Shown in pieces: positions 1 to 10,507 of a DNA stretch of 64,000 nt. The notes below the pieces were generated by a model. It saw nothing but the letters and a program-made list of their open reading frames with translations. It did no database searches and was not told where the DNA came from. The stretch lies in assembly GCA_913063225.1 (NCBI GenBank), contig CAJXYP010000018.1:501-64500 (forward strand). The letters are read 5' to 3'. A program made the translations under genes and the position numbers. Source of the DNA: an uncultured Cellvibrionales bacterium (GTDB lineage: Bacteria > Pseudomonadota > Gammaproteobacteria > Pseudomonadales > GM7GCV1). Within the stretch, counting starts at the first letter, position 1, and every line of letters starts with the position of its first letter.

Positions 1-1170
1 AAAGAAGGTGCGGATCCAGAGCGCGTTAAAAACGAGCTTTCCGCAGTAGAAGTAATCCCTGAAGACTGGGGCGGCGACGTTCCTTTTGTTCCGGTATCTG
101 CCCATACAGGCGAAGGCATAGAAGCTTTGCTTGAAGCCGTGTCTTTGATCGCAGAAGTAGCAGAATTAACTGCGCCGACCACTGGTCCGGCTCAGGGCGT
201 TATCGTTGAATCCCGCGTTGAAAAAGGCCGTGGTGTGGTTTGTACCGCGCTGGTTCAACAAGGTAATCTGCAGCGTGGCGATATTCTTTTGGCCGGTAAT
301 ACCTATGGCCGAGTTCGTGCTATGACAGGCTATGACGGCACTCCGTTAGACCAGGCTGGTCCGTCGGTTCCCGTTGAAATTCTGGGTTTGGATGAAGCGC
401 CGCAAGCGGGTGACGATTTCATGGTGGTTAAAGATGATCGCACTGCGCGGGAAATTTCTGACGCCCGTCACGCCAAACATACAGAAGAAAAGCAAGCACG
501 CAAACGTACGCAAAACCTTGAGAGCATGTTCTCAAGCATGACCGATGAGATTGAGCAAAAGATTCTTACTATTGTTCTTAAAACGGATGTACGCGGTTCA
601 GCCGAGGCCATTATTGGCGCATTGGAAGATCTGGGTAACGAAGAGGTTGCGGTAAACGTTATCTCTTCAGGTGTTGGCGGTATAAGTGAGTCAGATATAA
701 ATTTGGCATTGACTACCGGCGCTATTGTGCTCGGATTTAACGTGCGTGCGGATTCTGGCGCTCGTAGTTTGGCGGAAAAAGAAAGCATCGAAATTCGCTA
801 CTACAGCATCATCTATCAGCTGATCGATGAAGTTAAGCAAGCGCTATCGGGCATGCTCGACCCGGAACAAAGGGAAGAGATTGTTGGTATCGCCGAAGTT
901 CGCGACGTATTCCGCTCGCCGAAGTTTGGCCAAATCGCTGGCTGTATGGTTACCGAAGGTGCAGTACACCGGAACAAACCTATCCGCGTATTGCGGGACA
1001 ATGTTGTGATCTATGAAGGGCAGCTGGAATCTTTGCGCCGCTTTAAAGAAGACGCAAACGAAGTTCGCAATGGTATGGAATGTGGTATCGGTGTTAAGAA
1101 TTACAACGATGTTCAAGCTGGTGATCAGATTGAAGTCTTTGAGATCAAACAGGTTGAACGCTCACTTTAG
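1..1170 (+). CDS. infB: Translation initiation factor IF-2, C-terminal part (5' end lies outside the window)
   Basis: The reading frame is open from base 1 ([40 protein letters not shown]...). It has the typical IF-2 C-terminal domains and sits in the infB-rbfA-truB-rpsO-pnp context. Confidence 0.95.
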   Translation, partial: KEGADPERVKNELSAVEVIPEDWGGDVPFVPVSAHTGEGIEALLEAVSLIAEVAELTAPTTGPAQGVIVESRVEKGRGVVCTALVQQGNLQRGDILLAGNTYGRVRAMTGYDGTPLDQAGPSVPVEILGLDEAPQAGDDFMVVKDDRTAREISDARHAKHTEEKQARKRTQNLESMFSSMTDEIEQKILTIVLKTDVRGSAEAIIGALEDLGNEEVAVNVISSGVGGISESDINLALTTGAIVLGFNVRADSGARSLAEKESIEIRYYSIIYQLIDEVKQALSGMLDPEQREEIVGIAEVRDVFRSPKFGQIAGCMVTEGAVHRNKPIRVLRDNVVIYEGQLESLRRFKEDANEVRNGMECGIGVKNYNDVQAGDQIEVFEIKQVERSL

Positions 1171-1185
1171 TATTCGGAATAACTG

Positions 1186-1599
1186 ATGCCCCAGGATTTT
1201 AGTCGTGCTGACCGCGTTGGAGATACTCTCCAGCGGGAGTTGGCAACCCTGATTCTTCAAGAAGTCCGTGATCCACGTGTGGGCATGGTGAACATCAACG
1301 CAGTGCGCGTAAGCAAAGATTTGGGCAGGGCTCGGGTGTTTGTTACCTACGTTGAACAAACCGACAAAGAAGCCATCAAGCAAAGCATTGCGGTTCTCAA
1401 CAAAGCCGCTGGTTTCCTGCGCAGTCAATTACATGGCCGTATGACTATGCGCGTGATTCCCAAACTACACTTTGAATACGATGTATCTATTATGCGCGCG
1501 GCGCATCTAACCGGTTTGATTGATTCTGCGCTCAAGGCCGACAGCGACATGAAGGCTAGCAGCAACGATACCGACCCTGAATCCCATTCTGAAGACTAA
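1186..1599 (+). CDS. rbfA: Ribosome-binding factor A
   Basis: 137 aa starting MPQDFSRADRVGDTLQRELATLI, a typical RbfA N-terminus. It lies immediately downstream of infB. Confidence 0.9.
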   Translation: MPQDFSRADRVGDTLQRELATLILQEVRDPRVGMVNINAVRVSKDLGRARVFVTYVEQTDKEAIKQSIAVLNKAAGFLRSQLHGRMTMRVIPKLHFEYDVSIMRAAHLTGLIDSALKADSDMKASSNDTDPESHSED

Positions 1600-1601
1600 C
1601 G

Positions 1602-2564
1602 TTGGCGCGTCGAAAATCAGGCCGTAATATCAACGGCGTTCTCATCTTAGATAAATCTCCCGGCATGAGTTCCAATTCGGCTTTACAGCGAATCAGGCGC
1701 CTCTACAACGCCAACAAAGCAGGCCATACGGGTAGTCTTGATCCTCTAGCAACCGGTGTGCTGCCAATTTGTTTTGGCGAAGCCACCAAATTCTCCCAAT
1801 ACCTTCTGAATGCCGATAAGGCCTATAGAGTTAAAGCGCGCTTTGGCGTGTTAACCGATACCTGCGATACCGATGGTCAGGTCATTGAAAAGCGCGATGC
1901 CTCCAGTATTACCCAGGCCCAGATAGAAATCGCGATGAAGCCGTTAACCGGTGATATCGAACAGGTTCCCCCCATGTACTCCGCGCTAAAGCAGGACGGG
2001 CAGCGATTGTACAAACTAGCACGCCAGGGAATTGAAGTTGAACGTAAACCGCGCCCGGTAACTATCCAGAATTTTCGGCTGCTAGAATTTCAATCCGCAG
2101 AACAGGTCACTGCCGTATTTGAAGTGAAATGCACTAAGGGAACCTACATTAGGTCTCTAGTATTGGATTTGGGCGAAGCTCTGGGATGCGGTGCAACCGT
2201 GGCAGAGCTTCGGCGTATTAGCTCTGGAGATTTTGATGAGTCTCATATCGTGGGCGAGTCTGGTTTAGCGGCTGAAATGGGTGAGGGCGATGCCGCAATA
2301 TTGGACCATCATTTGATGCCTATGGACTGCCTTATGGAGGGCTTTAATCGGGTTGATTTGAATTCGGCTTCTACGGAATTTTTCATGCTAGGTCAAGCAG
2401 TTATGTTGCCTCAGGCCTATCGTTTCGGTGCAGAAGGAGATATAGTGCGCGTCTTTCGCGAAGAGGGTGATTTAGACAGTACTTTTCTCGGCGCGGGAGA
2501 GATAACAGGTGGGGCTACTAGTCAGCCAATGCTGCAACCAAAAAGACTGCGTTCAGACATCTGA
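1602..2564 (+). CDS. truB: tRNA pseudouridine(55) synthase TruB (TTG start 2 nt after the rbfA stop)
   Basis: Contains the catalytic motif GHTGSLDPLATGVLPICFGEATK and occupies the conserved operon position. Confidence 0.9.
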   Translation: MARRKSGRNINGVLILDKSPGMSSNSALQRIRRLYNANKAGHTGSLDPLATGVLPICFGEATKFSQYLLNADKAYRVKARFGVLTDTCDTDGQVIEKRDASSITQAQIEIAMKPLTGDIEQVPPMYSALKQDGQRLYKLARQGIEVERKPRPVTIQNFRLLEFQSAEQVTAVFEVKCTKGTYIRSLVLDLGEALGCGATVAELRRISSGDFDESHIVGESGLAAEMGEGDAAILDHHLMPMDCLMEGFNRVDLNSASTEFFMLGQAVMLPQAYRFGAEGDIVRVFREEGDLDSTFLGAGEITGGATSQPMLQPKRLRSDI

Positions 2565-2678
2565 AAAAATATATAAGCTTTTAAAACAATAACTTATATT
2601 AAAAACCCAAGAAAGTCACCTGTAAGTATGCACGGGTGTGCTCGATTCTTTTAACGCATATTTTATAGGAAATGAAGA

Positions 2679-2948
2679 ATGGCACTATCAGCCGAAGAAA
2701 AGAATGTAATCGTAACTACTTACGGTAAAGCAGAAGGTGATACCGGTTCAAGCGAAGTACAAGTTGCGCTTCTAACCGCCAATATCAATAAACTCCAAAA
2801 TCACTTCGGTGACCACAAAAAAGACCATCACTCACGTCGTGGGTTGATTCGTATGGTCAACCAGCGTCGCAAGCTGCTGGATTATCTCAAATCGAAAGAT
2901 GCACCCGCATACGTTGAATTAATTAAGGCATTGGGTCTTCGTCGATAA
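2679..2948 (+). CDS. rpsO: 30S ribosomal protein S15
   Basis: 89 aa starting [43 protein letters not shown], a canonical S15 sequence. Confidence 0.97.
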   Translation: MALSAEEKNVIVTTYGKAEGDTGSSEVQVALLTANINKLQNHFGDHKKDHHSRRGLIRMVNQRRKLLDYLKSKDAPAYVELIKALGLRR

Positions 2949-2961
2949 AATAACTTAAGCG

Positions 2962-2985
2962 ATCGGAATCCATGGGGATTCCGAT
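2962..2985 (+). promoter_or_regulatory. Perfect 10-bp hairpin between rpsO and pnp (rpsO attenuator / pnp leader stem)
   Basis: atcggaatcc (2962-2971) pairs with ggattccgat (2976-2985) around a 4-nt loop. The position matches the known rpsO-pnp intergenic processing/terminator hairpin of enterobacteria. Confidence 0.5.
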
Positions 2986-3008
2986 TCGTTATACAAACAG
3001 GTGAAAAT

Positions 3009-5336
3009 GTGAATCCTACAATTAAAACTTTTGAATACGGCAACCATACAGTCTCTCTAGAGACAGGCCGTGTAGCAAGACAAGCCACAGGTGCTGTTCT
3101 AGTAACTATGGATCAGACCACTATTCTTTGTACCGTTGTTGGTGCTAAGAAAGCCAAGCCGGGCCAAGACTTCTTCCCGCTGGCAGTACACTATCAAGAA
3201 AAAGCTTACGCAGCTGGTAGAATCCCCGGTGGATTTTTCAAGCGTGAAGGTCGTCCTTCTGAAAAAGAAACACTTACCTCACGACTGATTGACCGTCCTA
3301 TTCGTCCTTTGTTTCCCAAGGGATACATGAACGAAGTACAGGTTATCTGTACGGTCATGTCTGCTCAGAAAGATATCGATCCAGATATTCCAGCAATGAT
3401 CGGCGTATCAGCTGCTCTTGCTATCTCTGGCGTTCCTTTCAACGGACCTATCGGTGGAGCCCGCGTTGGTTTTACTGAATCTGATGGTTACTTGCTAAAC
3501 CCGACCTATTCCACGCTCGAGACTTCTGAGCTAAATATGGTTGTTGCCGGAACCAAAGACGCTGTATTGATGGTTGAATCCGAAGCGAACGAGCTTCCTG
3601 AAGACATCATGCTTGGCGCTGTTTTGTTTGCTCACCAAGAAATGCAAAGTGTAATCAGCGTAATTGCTGATCTGGTTGCCGAAGTTGGTAAGCCTCGCTG
3701 GGAATGGGAATCTGCTGCTGACAACGAAGAGCTTAAAGCCGCCGTCGAAGCTGCTGCCGCTGCTGATATCACTGCTGCATACCAAATTACTGACAAACCT
3801 GAGCGTTATGCTCGTACGGGTGAGATTAAGTCAGCCCTTATTGAGAAATTAACCGACGAAGAAGCTGGAATCAGCGCCGACGACGTATCTGGTCTTTTCT
3901 CAAAACTGGAAAAGAACATCGTTCGTACTCGCATTATTGATGGCGAGCCAAGAATTGATGGTCGTGATACTAAAACCGTTCGCGGCATTGCTGTTGAAGT
4001 TGGTGTTTTGGATAAAGCTCACGGTTCTTCGCTATTCACTCGCGGTGAAACCCAAGCAATCGTAGTCGCTACTCTTGGCGCACAGCGTGATGCAGCTATC
4101 ATCGATGCGCTTGAAGGTTCGCGTAAAGATCACTTCATGCTGCACTACAACTTCCCTCCGTACTCAGTCGGCGAAGCAGGTCGTGTTGGTTTTACCAGCC
4201 GTCGTGAAGTTGGACACGGTCGTTTAGCTCGTCGCGGTATTGCTGCAATGTTGCCTACCGTTGAAGATTTCCCATATACCATTCGTGTGGTTTCAGAAAT
4301 TACTGAATCTAACGGTTCAAGCTCAATGGCTTCAGTATGTGGCACAAGCTTGGCACTTATGGACGCAGGCGTACCGGTTAAAGCGCCAGTAGCTGGCGTT
4401 GCTATGGGACTAGTTAAAGAAGGCGATAAATTTGCTGTATTGACTGACATCCTTGGCGACGAAGATCACCTGGGTGACATGGACTTTAAAGTAGCGGGTT
4501 CTGCTAACGGTATTACTGCTCTGCAGATGGATATCAAAATAGAAGGCATTACCGAAGAGATTATGGAAATTGCTTTAGAGCAGGCAAACCATGCTCGTCT
4601 GCATATCCTTGCCGAAATGAACAAGGTAATTGATACATCACGAGCTGAAGTTAATCCTAACGCTCCACGTCTGCACAGTTTTAAAATCGATCAAGATAAA
4701 ATCCGTGACGTTATTGGTAAAGGCGGTGCAACTATCCGTGCACTTACCGAAGCGACTGGAACTACAATCGATATCGAAGACGATGGCACTATCAAGGTTT
4801 ACGCAGTTGACGACGACGCGCTACAAGATTGCTTGTCTCGCATCGAAGAAATTGTTGCTGAGCCAGAAGTTGGCATGATCTACGAAGGAAAAATCACTCG
4901 GATTGTTGATTTTGGTGCATTTGTTGAAATCTTCCCAGGTACAGAAGGCCTTCTCCACATCAGCCAGATCGCTGAAGAACGTGTAGAGAAAGTTACTGAC
5001 TTCCTAACCGAAGGCGAGATTATTCGCGTTAAGTGCATCGACTTTGATCAGCGCGGTCGTATCAAACTCTCTTTGAAAGAAGCGGCGAAAGACGAAGCAG
5101 CGGCAGCTGGCGGAGCCACTGCTGAAGCAGCTCCAGAAGTAGCGGCAGAAGCACCTGCAGTTGAAGAAGCACCTGCCGCCGAAGAAGCGCCAGCGGCTGA
5201 AGAAGAGCTAGCAGTAGAAGAAGCTCCTGCGGTTGAAGAAGAGCCACAAGAAGTACCTGTAGTTGAAGATGTTGCGGAAGTCGCACCGGAAAAAGCTGCA
5301 GATTCATCTGAAGAAGATAACCGCGGCAATACCTAA
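3009..5336 (+). CDS. pnp: Polyribonucleotide nucleotidyltransferase (PNPase) with an extended acidic C-terminal tail; GTG start
   Basis: 775 aa with two RNase PH domains, a KH domain and an S1 domain (…[29 protein letters not shown]…), followed by an Ala/Glu/Pro-rich tail. Confidence 0.97.
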   Translation: MNPTIKTFEYGNHTVSLETGRVARQATGAVLVTMDQTTILCTVVGAKKAKPGQDFFPLAVHYQEKAYAAGRIPGGFFKREGRPSEKETLTSRLIDRPIRPLFPKGYMNEVQVICTVMSAQKDIDPDIPAMIGVSAALAISGVPFNGPIGGARVGFTESDGYLLNPTYSTLETSELNMVVAGTKDAVLMVESEANELPEDIMLGAVLFAHQEMQSVISVIADLVAEVGKPRWEWESAADNEELKAAVEAAAAADITAAYQITDKPERYARTGEIKSALIEKLTDEEAGISADDVSGLFSKLEKNIVRTRIIDGEPRIDGRDTKTVRGIAVEVGVLDKAHGSSLFTRGETQAIVVATLGAQRDAAIIDALEGSRKDHFMLHYNFPPYSVGEAGRVGFTSRREVGHGRLARRGIAAMLPTVEDFPYTIRVVSEITESNGSSSMASVCGTSLALMDAGVPVKAPVAGVAMGLVKEGDKFAVLTDILGDEDHLGDMDFKVAGSANGITALQMDIKIEGITEEIMEIALEQANHARLHILAEMNKVIDTSRAEVNPNAPRLHSFKIDQDKIRDVIGKGGATIRALTEATGTTIDIEDDGTIKVYAVDDDALQDCLSRIEEIVAEPEVGMIYEGKITRIVDFGAFVEIFPGTEGLLHISQIAEERVEKVTDFLTEGEIIRVKCIDFDQRGRIKLSLKEAAKDEAAAAGGATAEAAPEVAAEAPAVEEAPAAEEAPAAEEELAVEEAPAVEEEPQEVPVVEDVAEVAPEKAADSSEEDNRGNT
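5148..5243 (+). repeat. Imperfect tandem 15-18-nt repeats (GAAGAAGCNCCNGCN) encoding (A/V)EEAPA units in the PNPase tail
   Basis: The DNA and peptide repeats [33 protein letters not shown] are directly visible. Confidence 0.7.
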
Positions 5337-5360
5337 GTTATCAGTTCTTTAGAATGTAAA

Positions 5361-5387
5361 AAACCCCGCTTTATGCGGGGTTTTTTG
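5361..5387. terminator. Bidirectional rho-independent terminator between the convergent pnp and yfcH-like genes
   Basis: aaaaaaCCCCGCtttatGCGGGGtttttt: a GC stem flanked by an A-run and a T-run. Confidence 0.8.
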
Positions 5388-5404
5388 TATCTACTGATCC
5401 GGTA

Positions 5405-6289
5405 TTAAGCTAAGTCTTCCAGCGCATCTTTTAGGATCTCATATTGAAATATATAGCCTGTGCCCAATACCTTTACAGGAACTATTTTCTTTCCAGATAA
5501 AAGCAACTCTTCGCCCATCTGACCCATTAATAGCCGGACAACTCGCGATGGCATAGGAAGCAAAGTAGGCCGCTTCAATACCTTACCTAAGCTTTCAGTA
5601 AATACCTTATTGGTTACGGGATTAGGTGCCGTGCCATTTACTGGGCCTTTCAATTCATCCGTTTCAATGCAGTGCAAAATAATGCCGACTAAATCATTGA
5701 TGTGGATCCATGACATCCACTGGCTGCCGGTTCCAATCTGACCGCCTAAGCCTAACTTAAAAGGCGGTACCATCTTGCTTAAGGCGCCACCTTTACCCAG
5801 CACGATACCGGTCCGCAGGAGGCAAGTGCGAACCCCCAGACTTTCTGCTTGCGTGGCTGTGGCTTCCCAGATCTTACATAGTTCACTGGAAAAACTGTCA
5901 TCGGAAAGCCCCATCTCATCGATAGCTTCATCAGTGGTTCCAACGCCGTAATAACCTATTGCGGAAGCGCTGATAAAGACTTTCGGCTTTGTGGTGGCAG
6001 CCTTCATATAGTCAACTAAAGCGTTGGTTGTATTGACCCGGCTGTCGAGAATTCGTTGCTTTTGTAGATTACCCCAGCGCCTATCAGCTATAGGCTCTCC
6101 GGTTAGGTTAATTATTGCGTCAAAAGTCTGTTCATTGTCCATGTCTTGCAATGAGCTGATTCCCTGCATAGGGGCTTTGATTTTTTCGGGTGATCTACTC
6201 ACCAGCGTGAGATTAGTGTTTGCATTCAATAGCTGTGTGCAAAGGGCTGAACCAACAAAGCCTGTACCGCCTGCGATTAGAATATTAAT
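5405..6289 (-). CDS. TIGR01777/YfcH-like NAD-dependent epimerase family protein (DUF1731 C-terminus); proposed ATT start
   Basis: The Rossmann motif INILIAGGTGFVGSAL lies in frame upstream of the first canonical start (TTG at 6229) and directly after an in-frame TGA (6298-6296). An AAGGGTGA Shine-Dalgarno sequence lies 6-9 nt upstream of the ATT at 6289. Confidence 0.7.
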   Translation of the reverse strand: MNILIAGGTGFVGSALCTQLLNANTNLTLVSRSPEKIKAPMQGISSLQDMDNEQTFDAIINLTGEPIADRRWGNLQKQRILDSRVNTTNALVDYMKAATTKPKVFISASAIGYYGVGTTDEAIDEMGLSDDSFSSELCKIWEATATQAESLGVRTCLLRTGIVLGKGGALSKMVPPFKLGLGGQIGTGSQWMSWIHINDLVGIILHCIETDELKGPVNGTAPNPVTNKVFTESLGKVLKRPTLLPMPSRVVRLLMGQMGEELLLSGKKIVPVKVLGTGYIFQYEILKDALEDLA

Positions 6290-6320
6290 GGTCGGTCACC
6301 CTTAGTTTTGTTCATTTCGT

Positions 6321-6770
6321 TTATTTTGGCGCACTTTCGCGCATCTCGGCCCGCCGCATGGGCATGCCATCTATAAGCGCAAATATTCTTGGTAGGTCTA
6401 ATAGATTGGATGCATCTTTCACTCCGCCGTCCTTTCCTATCAAGACCAGAGCGGTTCGTTCATCTCTAAAATACCGCTGTTGTATATTTTCGAGAAAAGG
6501 GTCAGCTAATACACCCGTATAATTGGTACTAATGTTTTGATTATCGAATGCAAACCACAGAATATCTCGATCAATAATTTCTGCATTCAGCTTCTCAAAT
6601 TCTTTAGCTGATAGGGTTGGATCGACACTGTCCCGAAACAAAATTATTCGGTGTGACCAACGAAGGTCATCTAAGCTGTCTAGTGAAGGCTGGGCAATAA
6701 CCATAGTTGAAGCCATAGGTGAGACGCCGAGAATAAGTAAAATAAATGATAATGAATGCCTAATGTGCAT
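6321..6770 (-). CDS. Secreted DUF4174-like protein (signal peptide); start uncertain (6770 or 6854)
   Basis: MHIRHSLSFILLILGVSPMASTMVIAQP looks like a signal peptide. WSHRIILFRD…LIGKDGGVK resembles the DUF4174 pattern. Confidence 0.5.
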   Translation of the reverse strand: MHIRHSLSFILLILGVSPMASTMVIAQPSLDSLDDLRWSHRIILFRDSVDPTLSAKEFEKLNAEIIDRDILWFAFDNQNISTNYTGVLADPFLENIQQRYFRDERTALVLIGKDGGVKDASNLLDLPRIFALIDGMPMRRAEMRESAPK

Positions 6771-6927
6771 CTTGGTGGCGAGCCCGCGGTTGCTAGTGGA
6801 GTAGAGTTTATCAGTCCTCGTGGACAAGCCAATTATCTCGTTCAAATTGAGCACAGGACGCCTATTAATCTTATAATGATATATGCGCCATGGGCGTTAT
6901 TTATAAAACTCTCGGAGAATTAATAGA

Positions 6928-7644
6928 ATGGGTAGAGCCTTTCAAAACCGTAAAGACTCAATGGCAAAAACTGCCGCTGCAAAAACCAAAATATATGGTA
7001 AATACGGTCGTGAGATCTATGTTATTGCCAAGAGTGGTGGTTCAGACCCAGATGGTAATTTGGCGCTTCGAGGACTGTTAGAGCGGGCTAGAAAAGACCA
7101 AGTTCCAGCCCACGTTATTGAAAAGGCCTTAGAGAAATCTCAAGGCGTTGGCGGCGAAGACTACAGCTTGGCCCGATATGAAGGCTTTGGGCCCGGCGGA
7201 ACCATGCTAATTGTAGATTGCCTTTCCGATAACCCAAACCGAACCTTTGGCGATGTTCGCCAGTGCTTTACCAAGACCAAAACTAAAATAGGTATGCCCG
7301 GTAACTGTGTCCACAGCTTTGACCACTTAGCCATTTTCAGCTTTACAGGAGAAGATGAAGAGGCGGTGCTAGACGCATTGGTTATGGGCGATGTAGATGT
7401 GACAGATATTGAATCTGAAGACGGCATGATTACCGTATTTGCTCCAGATTCTGAGTACTCAAAGGCCAAGCATGCCATTGCCGAAGCCGTTGATGGGGTT
7501 GAATATGAAGTGGACGAAATTCAGTTTATCCCCCAAAACCCGGTTCAGATCAGCGGCGAAGACGTTACAGTTTTTGAGCATCTAGTAGATCTTTTAGATG
7601 ACCTAGATGACGTACAGCGGATTTACCATAACGCCGAATTTTAG
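6928..7644 (+). CDS. YebC/PmpR (YeeN-type) family DNA-binding transcriptional regulator
   Basis: [38 protein letters not shown]…RYEGFGPGG are canonical family motifs. Confidence 0.9.
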   Translation: MGRAFQNRKDSMAKTAAAKTKIYGKYGREIYVIAKSGGSDPDGNLALRGLLERARKDQVPAHVIEKALEKSQGVGGEDYSLARYEGFGPGGTMLIVDCLSDNPNRTFGDVRQCFTKTKTKIGMPGNCVHSFDHLAIFSFTGEDEEAVLDALVMGDVDVTDIESEDGMITVFAPDSEYSKAKHAIAEAVDGVEYEVDEIQFIPQNPVQISGEDVTVFEHLVDLLDDLDDVQRIYHNAEF

Positions 7645-8378
7645 TGGCTTTTCTGAGACGGCTCTTTGTTATAGATTACGGGCATCTGTCCTTTCCATGT
7701 CTGCCATAGATCATCCTTGGTCATAAGTTCGGCCATAAATTCGCCGACGTTTATGCGGCTGGTCTGGCCAGAATCAAATATTGCGCTTCGAATGGGTGAG
7801 GGATGTAATTCATAGTCCGAAATTTCTGCATCGTCTATTAGGTCGTCAGGCCGAACGGCTACCCACTCAATCAAGGAATTTTGCCCAATCTCGGTACGTA
7901 AATAGTCAGCTGCCTTTTCGTTGTCCACATGGGGCGGCAGCAATAGCCGTAGTAACCAGATAACAAGGGTCTGACCAAATGATATTTTCTCGGCAATATC
8001 TCTATTGGTATTGCCTGTTGTATTCATAAGCACATAGCGAACAGGTTGCTCTGGACAATTCGCTTTGATGGCATCACAAAGCTTTCGAGTGGCATCGGCC
8101 ACTAGCCACCGAGGCCTACCATATATACCTTTAAAGGTCATATTGTGGCCCAAACATGAGGCCACAGCGTTGCAGCCTTTAACCTGCTCTAAAAGCTCGG
8201 CATCAGTGACATCTAAAATCGCTGCTTGAATTATCTGTAAGTTAGGGTGATTTAAAATATGCGTAGGCAAGCTGTCGGTTGATCGCACAACCGCTTTAAC
8301 AATTCCGCCACGGCTTAATAATTGCTCAACAAGTTTCTGGCCTGTTGCACCACTGGCACCAACTACTAGGGTTGTCAT
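7641..8378 (-). CDS. NAD(P)-binding (atypical SDR / NmrA-like) domain protein
   Basis: N-terminal [21 protein letters not shown] is a Rossmann motif. Confidence 0.65.
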   Translation of the reverse strand: MTTLVVGASGATGQKLVEQLLSRGGIVKAVVRSTDSLPTHILNHPNLQIIQAAILDVTDAELLEQVKGCNAVASCLGHNMTFKGIYGRPRWLVADATRKLCDAIKANCPEQPVRYVLMNTTGNTNRDIAEKISFGQTLVIWLLRLLLPPHVDNEKAADYLRTEIGQNSLIEWVAVRPDDLIDDAEISDYELHPSPIRSAIFDSGQTSRINVGEFMAELMTKDDLWQTWKGQMPVIYNKEPSQKSH

Positions 8379-8417
8379 ATATTTCCTTTAAAGTCTTCGG
8401 GTCGCTATGTTAAAAAA

Positions 8418-9218
8418 CTAGCCCGGTGTGTGCGCATCATCCGGAAATGCTCCGGATTTAACCGCTTCTGCATAGGCTGTAAGTGCATTTTGTATGGATC
8501 CATGGCCTTCCAAGAAGTTATTCACAAAGCTTGGAATATAGCCGCTAAGGCCAAGCAAATCGTGAACTACCAATACTTGGGCATCGGTCTGATTACCAGC
8601 GCCTATACCAATAACCGGAATGTTGAGCACTTCGGTTATCTGCCCAGCTAAAGCTTTGGGAACCATCTCCAGCAACAAAATATCTGCGCCAGCTTCTTCC
8701 AGCAATATGGCATCCGCTAGAATCTGCGCTGCGTCATTTTCAGTTTTACCCTGTAATCTAAATCCGCCTGTCTTGTTGACAGATTGCGGTAGAAGCCCCA
8801 AGTGGGCGCATACCGGAATACCGCGTTCGGTCAAAAGCGAGATAGTCTCGGCCAACCAGGCACCGCCCTCCATCTTGACCATTTGTGCACCAGACCGCAT
8901 CAGCTCTGCCGCATTGACGAAGGCGTCTTCTGGAGTGGAGTAGGTCATAAAGGGCATATCAGCCATAACCATAGTTTTATCTACGCCATTGGCTACACAG
9001 CTAGTGTGGTAGCACATATCTTCGATAGTGACGGGCACTGTGGAGTCTTGCCCCTGGATTACATTACCCAGGGAATCACCTACCAGAAGACACTCAACGC
9101 CGGCTTCTTCTGAAAGACGGGCTAGGGTGGCATCGTAAGAGGTAAGTACAGCGAACTTTTCGCCTTTGGACTTGGCGATCTTTAAAGATCTGGCGGTTAT
9201 TTTCTTAGTAAAACTCAT
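8418..9218 (-). CDS. panB: 3-methyl-2-oxobutanoate hydroxymethyltransferase
   Basis: 266 aa with …LTSYDATLARL…LLVGDSLGNVIQG…; conserved folK-panB neighbourhood. Confidence 0.95.
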   Translation of the reverse strand: MSFTKKITARSLKIAKSKGEKFAVLTSYDATLARLSEEAGVECLLVGDSLGNVIQGQDSTVPVTIEDMCYHTSCVANGVDKTMVMADMPFMTYSTPEDAFVNAAELMRSGAQMVKMEGGAWLAETISLLTERGIPVCAHLGLLPQSVNKTGGFRLQGKTENDAAQILADAILLEEAGADILLLEMVPKALAGQITEVLNIPVIGIGAGNQTDAQVLVVHDLLGLSGYIPSFVNNFLEGHGSIQNALTAYAEAVKSGAFPDDAHTPG

Positions 9219-9266
9219 ATCTGTCCTAACCTGTCTTGGCTGCCATTTATTTGGCTAGTTGTTTAG

Positions 9267-9953
9267 CTACGTGTCAGCAAGCGGATTGTAATAGTGTGTG
9301 CCGGTTTTCAGGGTCAGTATGTAGCGAACCAGATCCGCATAGTGTTGCTGATTACTGGCTAGATTGACCTCTGTGGCGTTTACTATCAATAGCGGACTTT
9401 CCTGATAATGGTGAAAGTAAGAAGCGTAAGCGTCGTTTAATCTAGCCAGGTAGCTCGGTTCTATATGTTTCTCTGAACTCAGACCTCGCTTACGAATACG
9501 CTGCTGTAAAACTTCGGTAGGTGCCTGCAAATAAATCACCAGGTCCGGCTTTGGGGCTTCCAACGTGAGCTGTTCGTAGACCATCTGATAAAGCTCTAGC
9601 TCATCATCATCCAGAGTAACTTCGGCAAAAATAGGGTCTTTTTCTAATAAGAAGTCGGCAACTCGCACCGGGTGAAACATATCCCTTTGCTTGATTTCTT
9701 TTAGCTGTTGAGTGCGCTGAAATAGGAAGTAAAGCTGGGTCGGCAATGCGTTGGCTTTGGGCTCGGCATAGAATCGCTCCAAAAACGGATTCTCTTGCGG
9801 CATTTCGAGCAGAGTTTCGTACTCAAAAGTAGTAGCCAAGTTGCGAGCAAAAGTAGTTTTTCCCACGCCTATCGCGCCCTCTACGGCGATATAGTTAGGT
9901 AGCTGATTGTCTGCGGGTTTAACAATACCCAGAGATTCGTAATCGAGATCCAC
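9267..9953 (-). CDS. Deoxynucleoside kinase family protein
   Basis: P-loop IAVEGAIGVGKTTFARNL and dNK-like length. It lies between folK and panB, as in many gammaproteobacteria. Confidence 0.8.
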   Translation of the reverse strand: MDLDYESLGIVKPADNQLPNYIAVEGAIGVGKTTFARNLATTFEYETLLEMPQENPFLERFYAEPKANALPTQLYFLFQRTQQLKEIKQRDMFHPVRVADFLLEKDPIFAEVTLDDDELELYQMVYEQLTLEAPKPDLVIYLQAPTEVLQQRIRKRGLSSEKHIEPSYLARLNDAYASYFHHYQESPLLIVNATEVNLASNQQHYADLVRYILTLKTGTHYYNPLADT

Positions 9954-10024
9954 AGTGGTTTAGCTTGTTCCGAATTTGACGTTAGTTTAACTGCTTTGTG
10001 GGATTAAAGTGCAGCGACAGAAGA

Positions 10025-10504
10025 TTATAGCTGCCGAATATCCGACGTGCCGAGCGCCTCGATCATAGACGCGAGTGTGCCCATACCTGGAACCTCCAAC
10101 GCTTTATCCAAATCAGCTAAGGGATAAAGAACAAAGCTGCGATCACGCATTCCCGAATGGGGAATGTTCAGATTTTCCGTTTCCATAATCTGATCGCCGT
10201 ATAAGAGGATATCTATATCGATAAGGCGAGGCCCCCAGTGCGCTGCGGGCTGTCTTCCCATAATATTCTCTATCGATTTGCAGGTTTTCAATAAGGCTTC
10301 AGGAGAAATAGATGTATTTAGCTGCAGGGCTGCGTTAACAAAATCTGGCTGATCTTGTGGGCCCATTGGCGGACTAGCATAGAGAGGAGAAAGTACTAGG
10401 TCATCTAATTCAGCATGCGAGCGTAGGTGCTCAAATGCCGTTGTAATTTGGGCAACTGAATCATCGAGATTACTACCCAAGCCTAGGAAAATTCTCTCGA
10501 TCAC
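10025..10504 (-). CDS. folK: 2-amino-4-hydroxy-6-hydroxymethyldihydropteridine diphosphokinase
   Basis: 159 aa with IFLGLGSNL…GPRLIDIDILLYG…LNIPHSGMRDRSFVLYPL. Confidence 0.92.
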   Translation of the reverse strand: MIERIFLGLGSNLDDSVAQITTAFEHLRSHAELDDLVLSPLYASPPMGPQDQPDFVNAALQLNTSISPEALLKTCKSIENIMGRQPAAHWGPRLIDIDILLYGDQIMETENLNIPHSGMRDRSFVLYPLADLDKALEVPGMGTLASMIEALGTSDIRQL

Positions 10505-10507
10505 TAG

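Noticed and set aside
5048-5329. Minus-strand ORFs (93 aa and 81 aa) antisense to the pnp tail
   Set aside because: They are low-complexity mirror images of the GAA/GCN repeat (poly-Ser/Ala/Leu), lie fully inside pnp, and have no SD.
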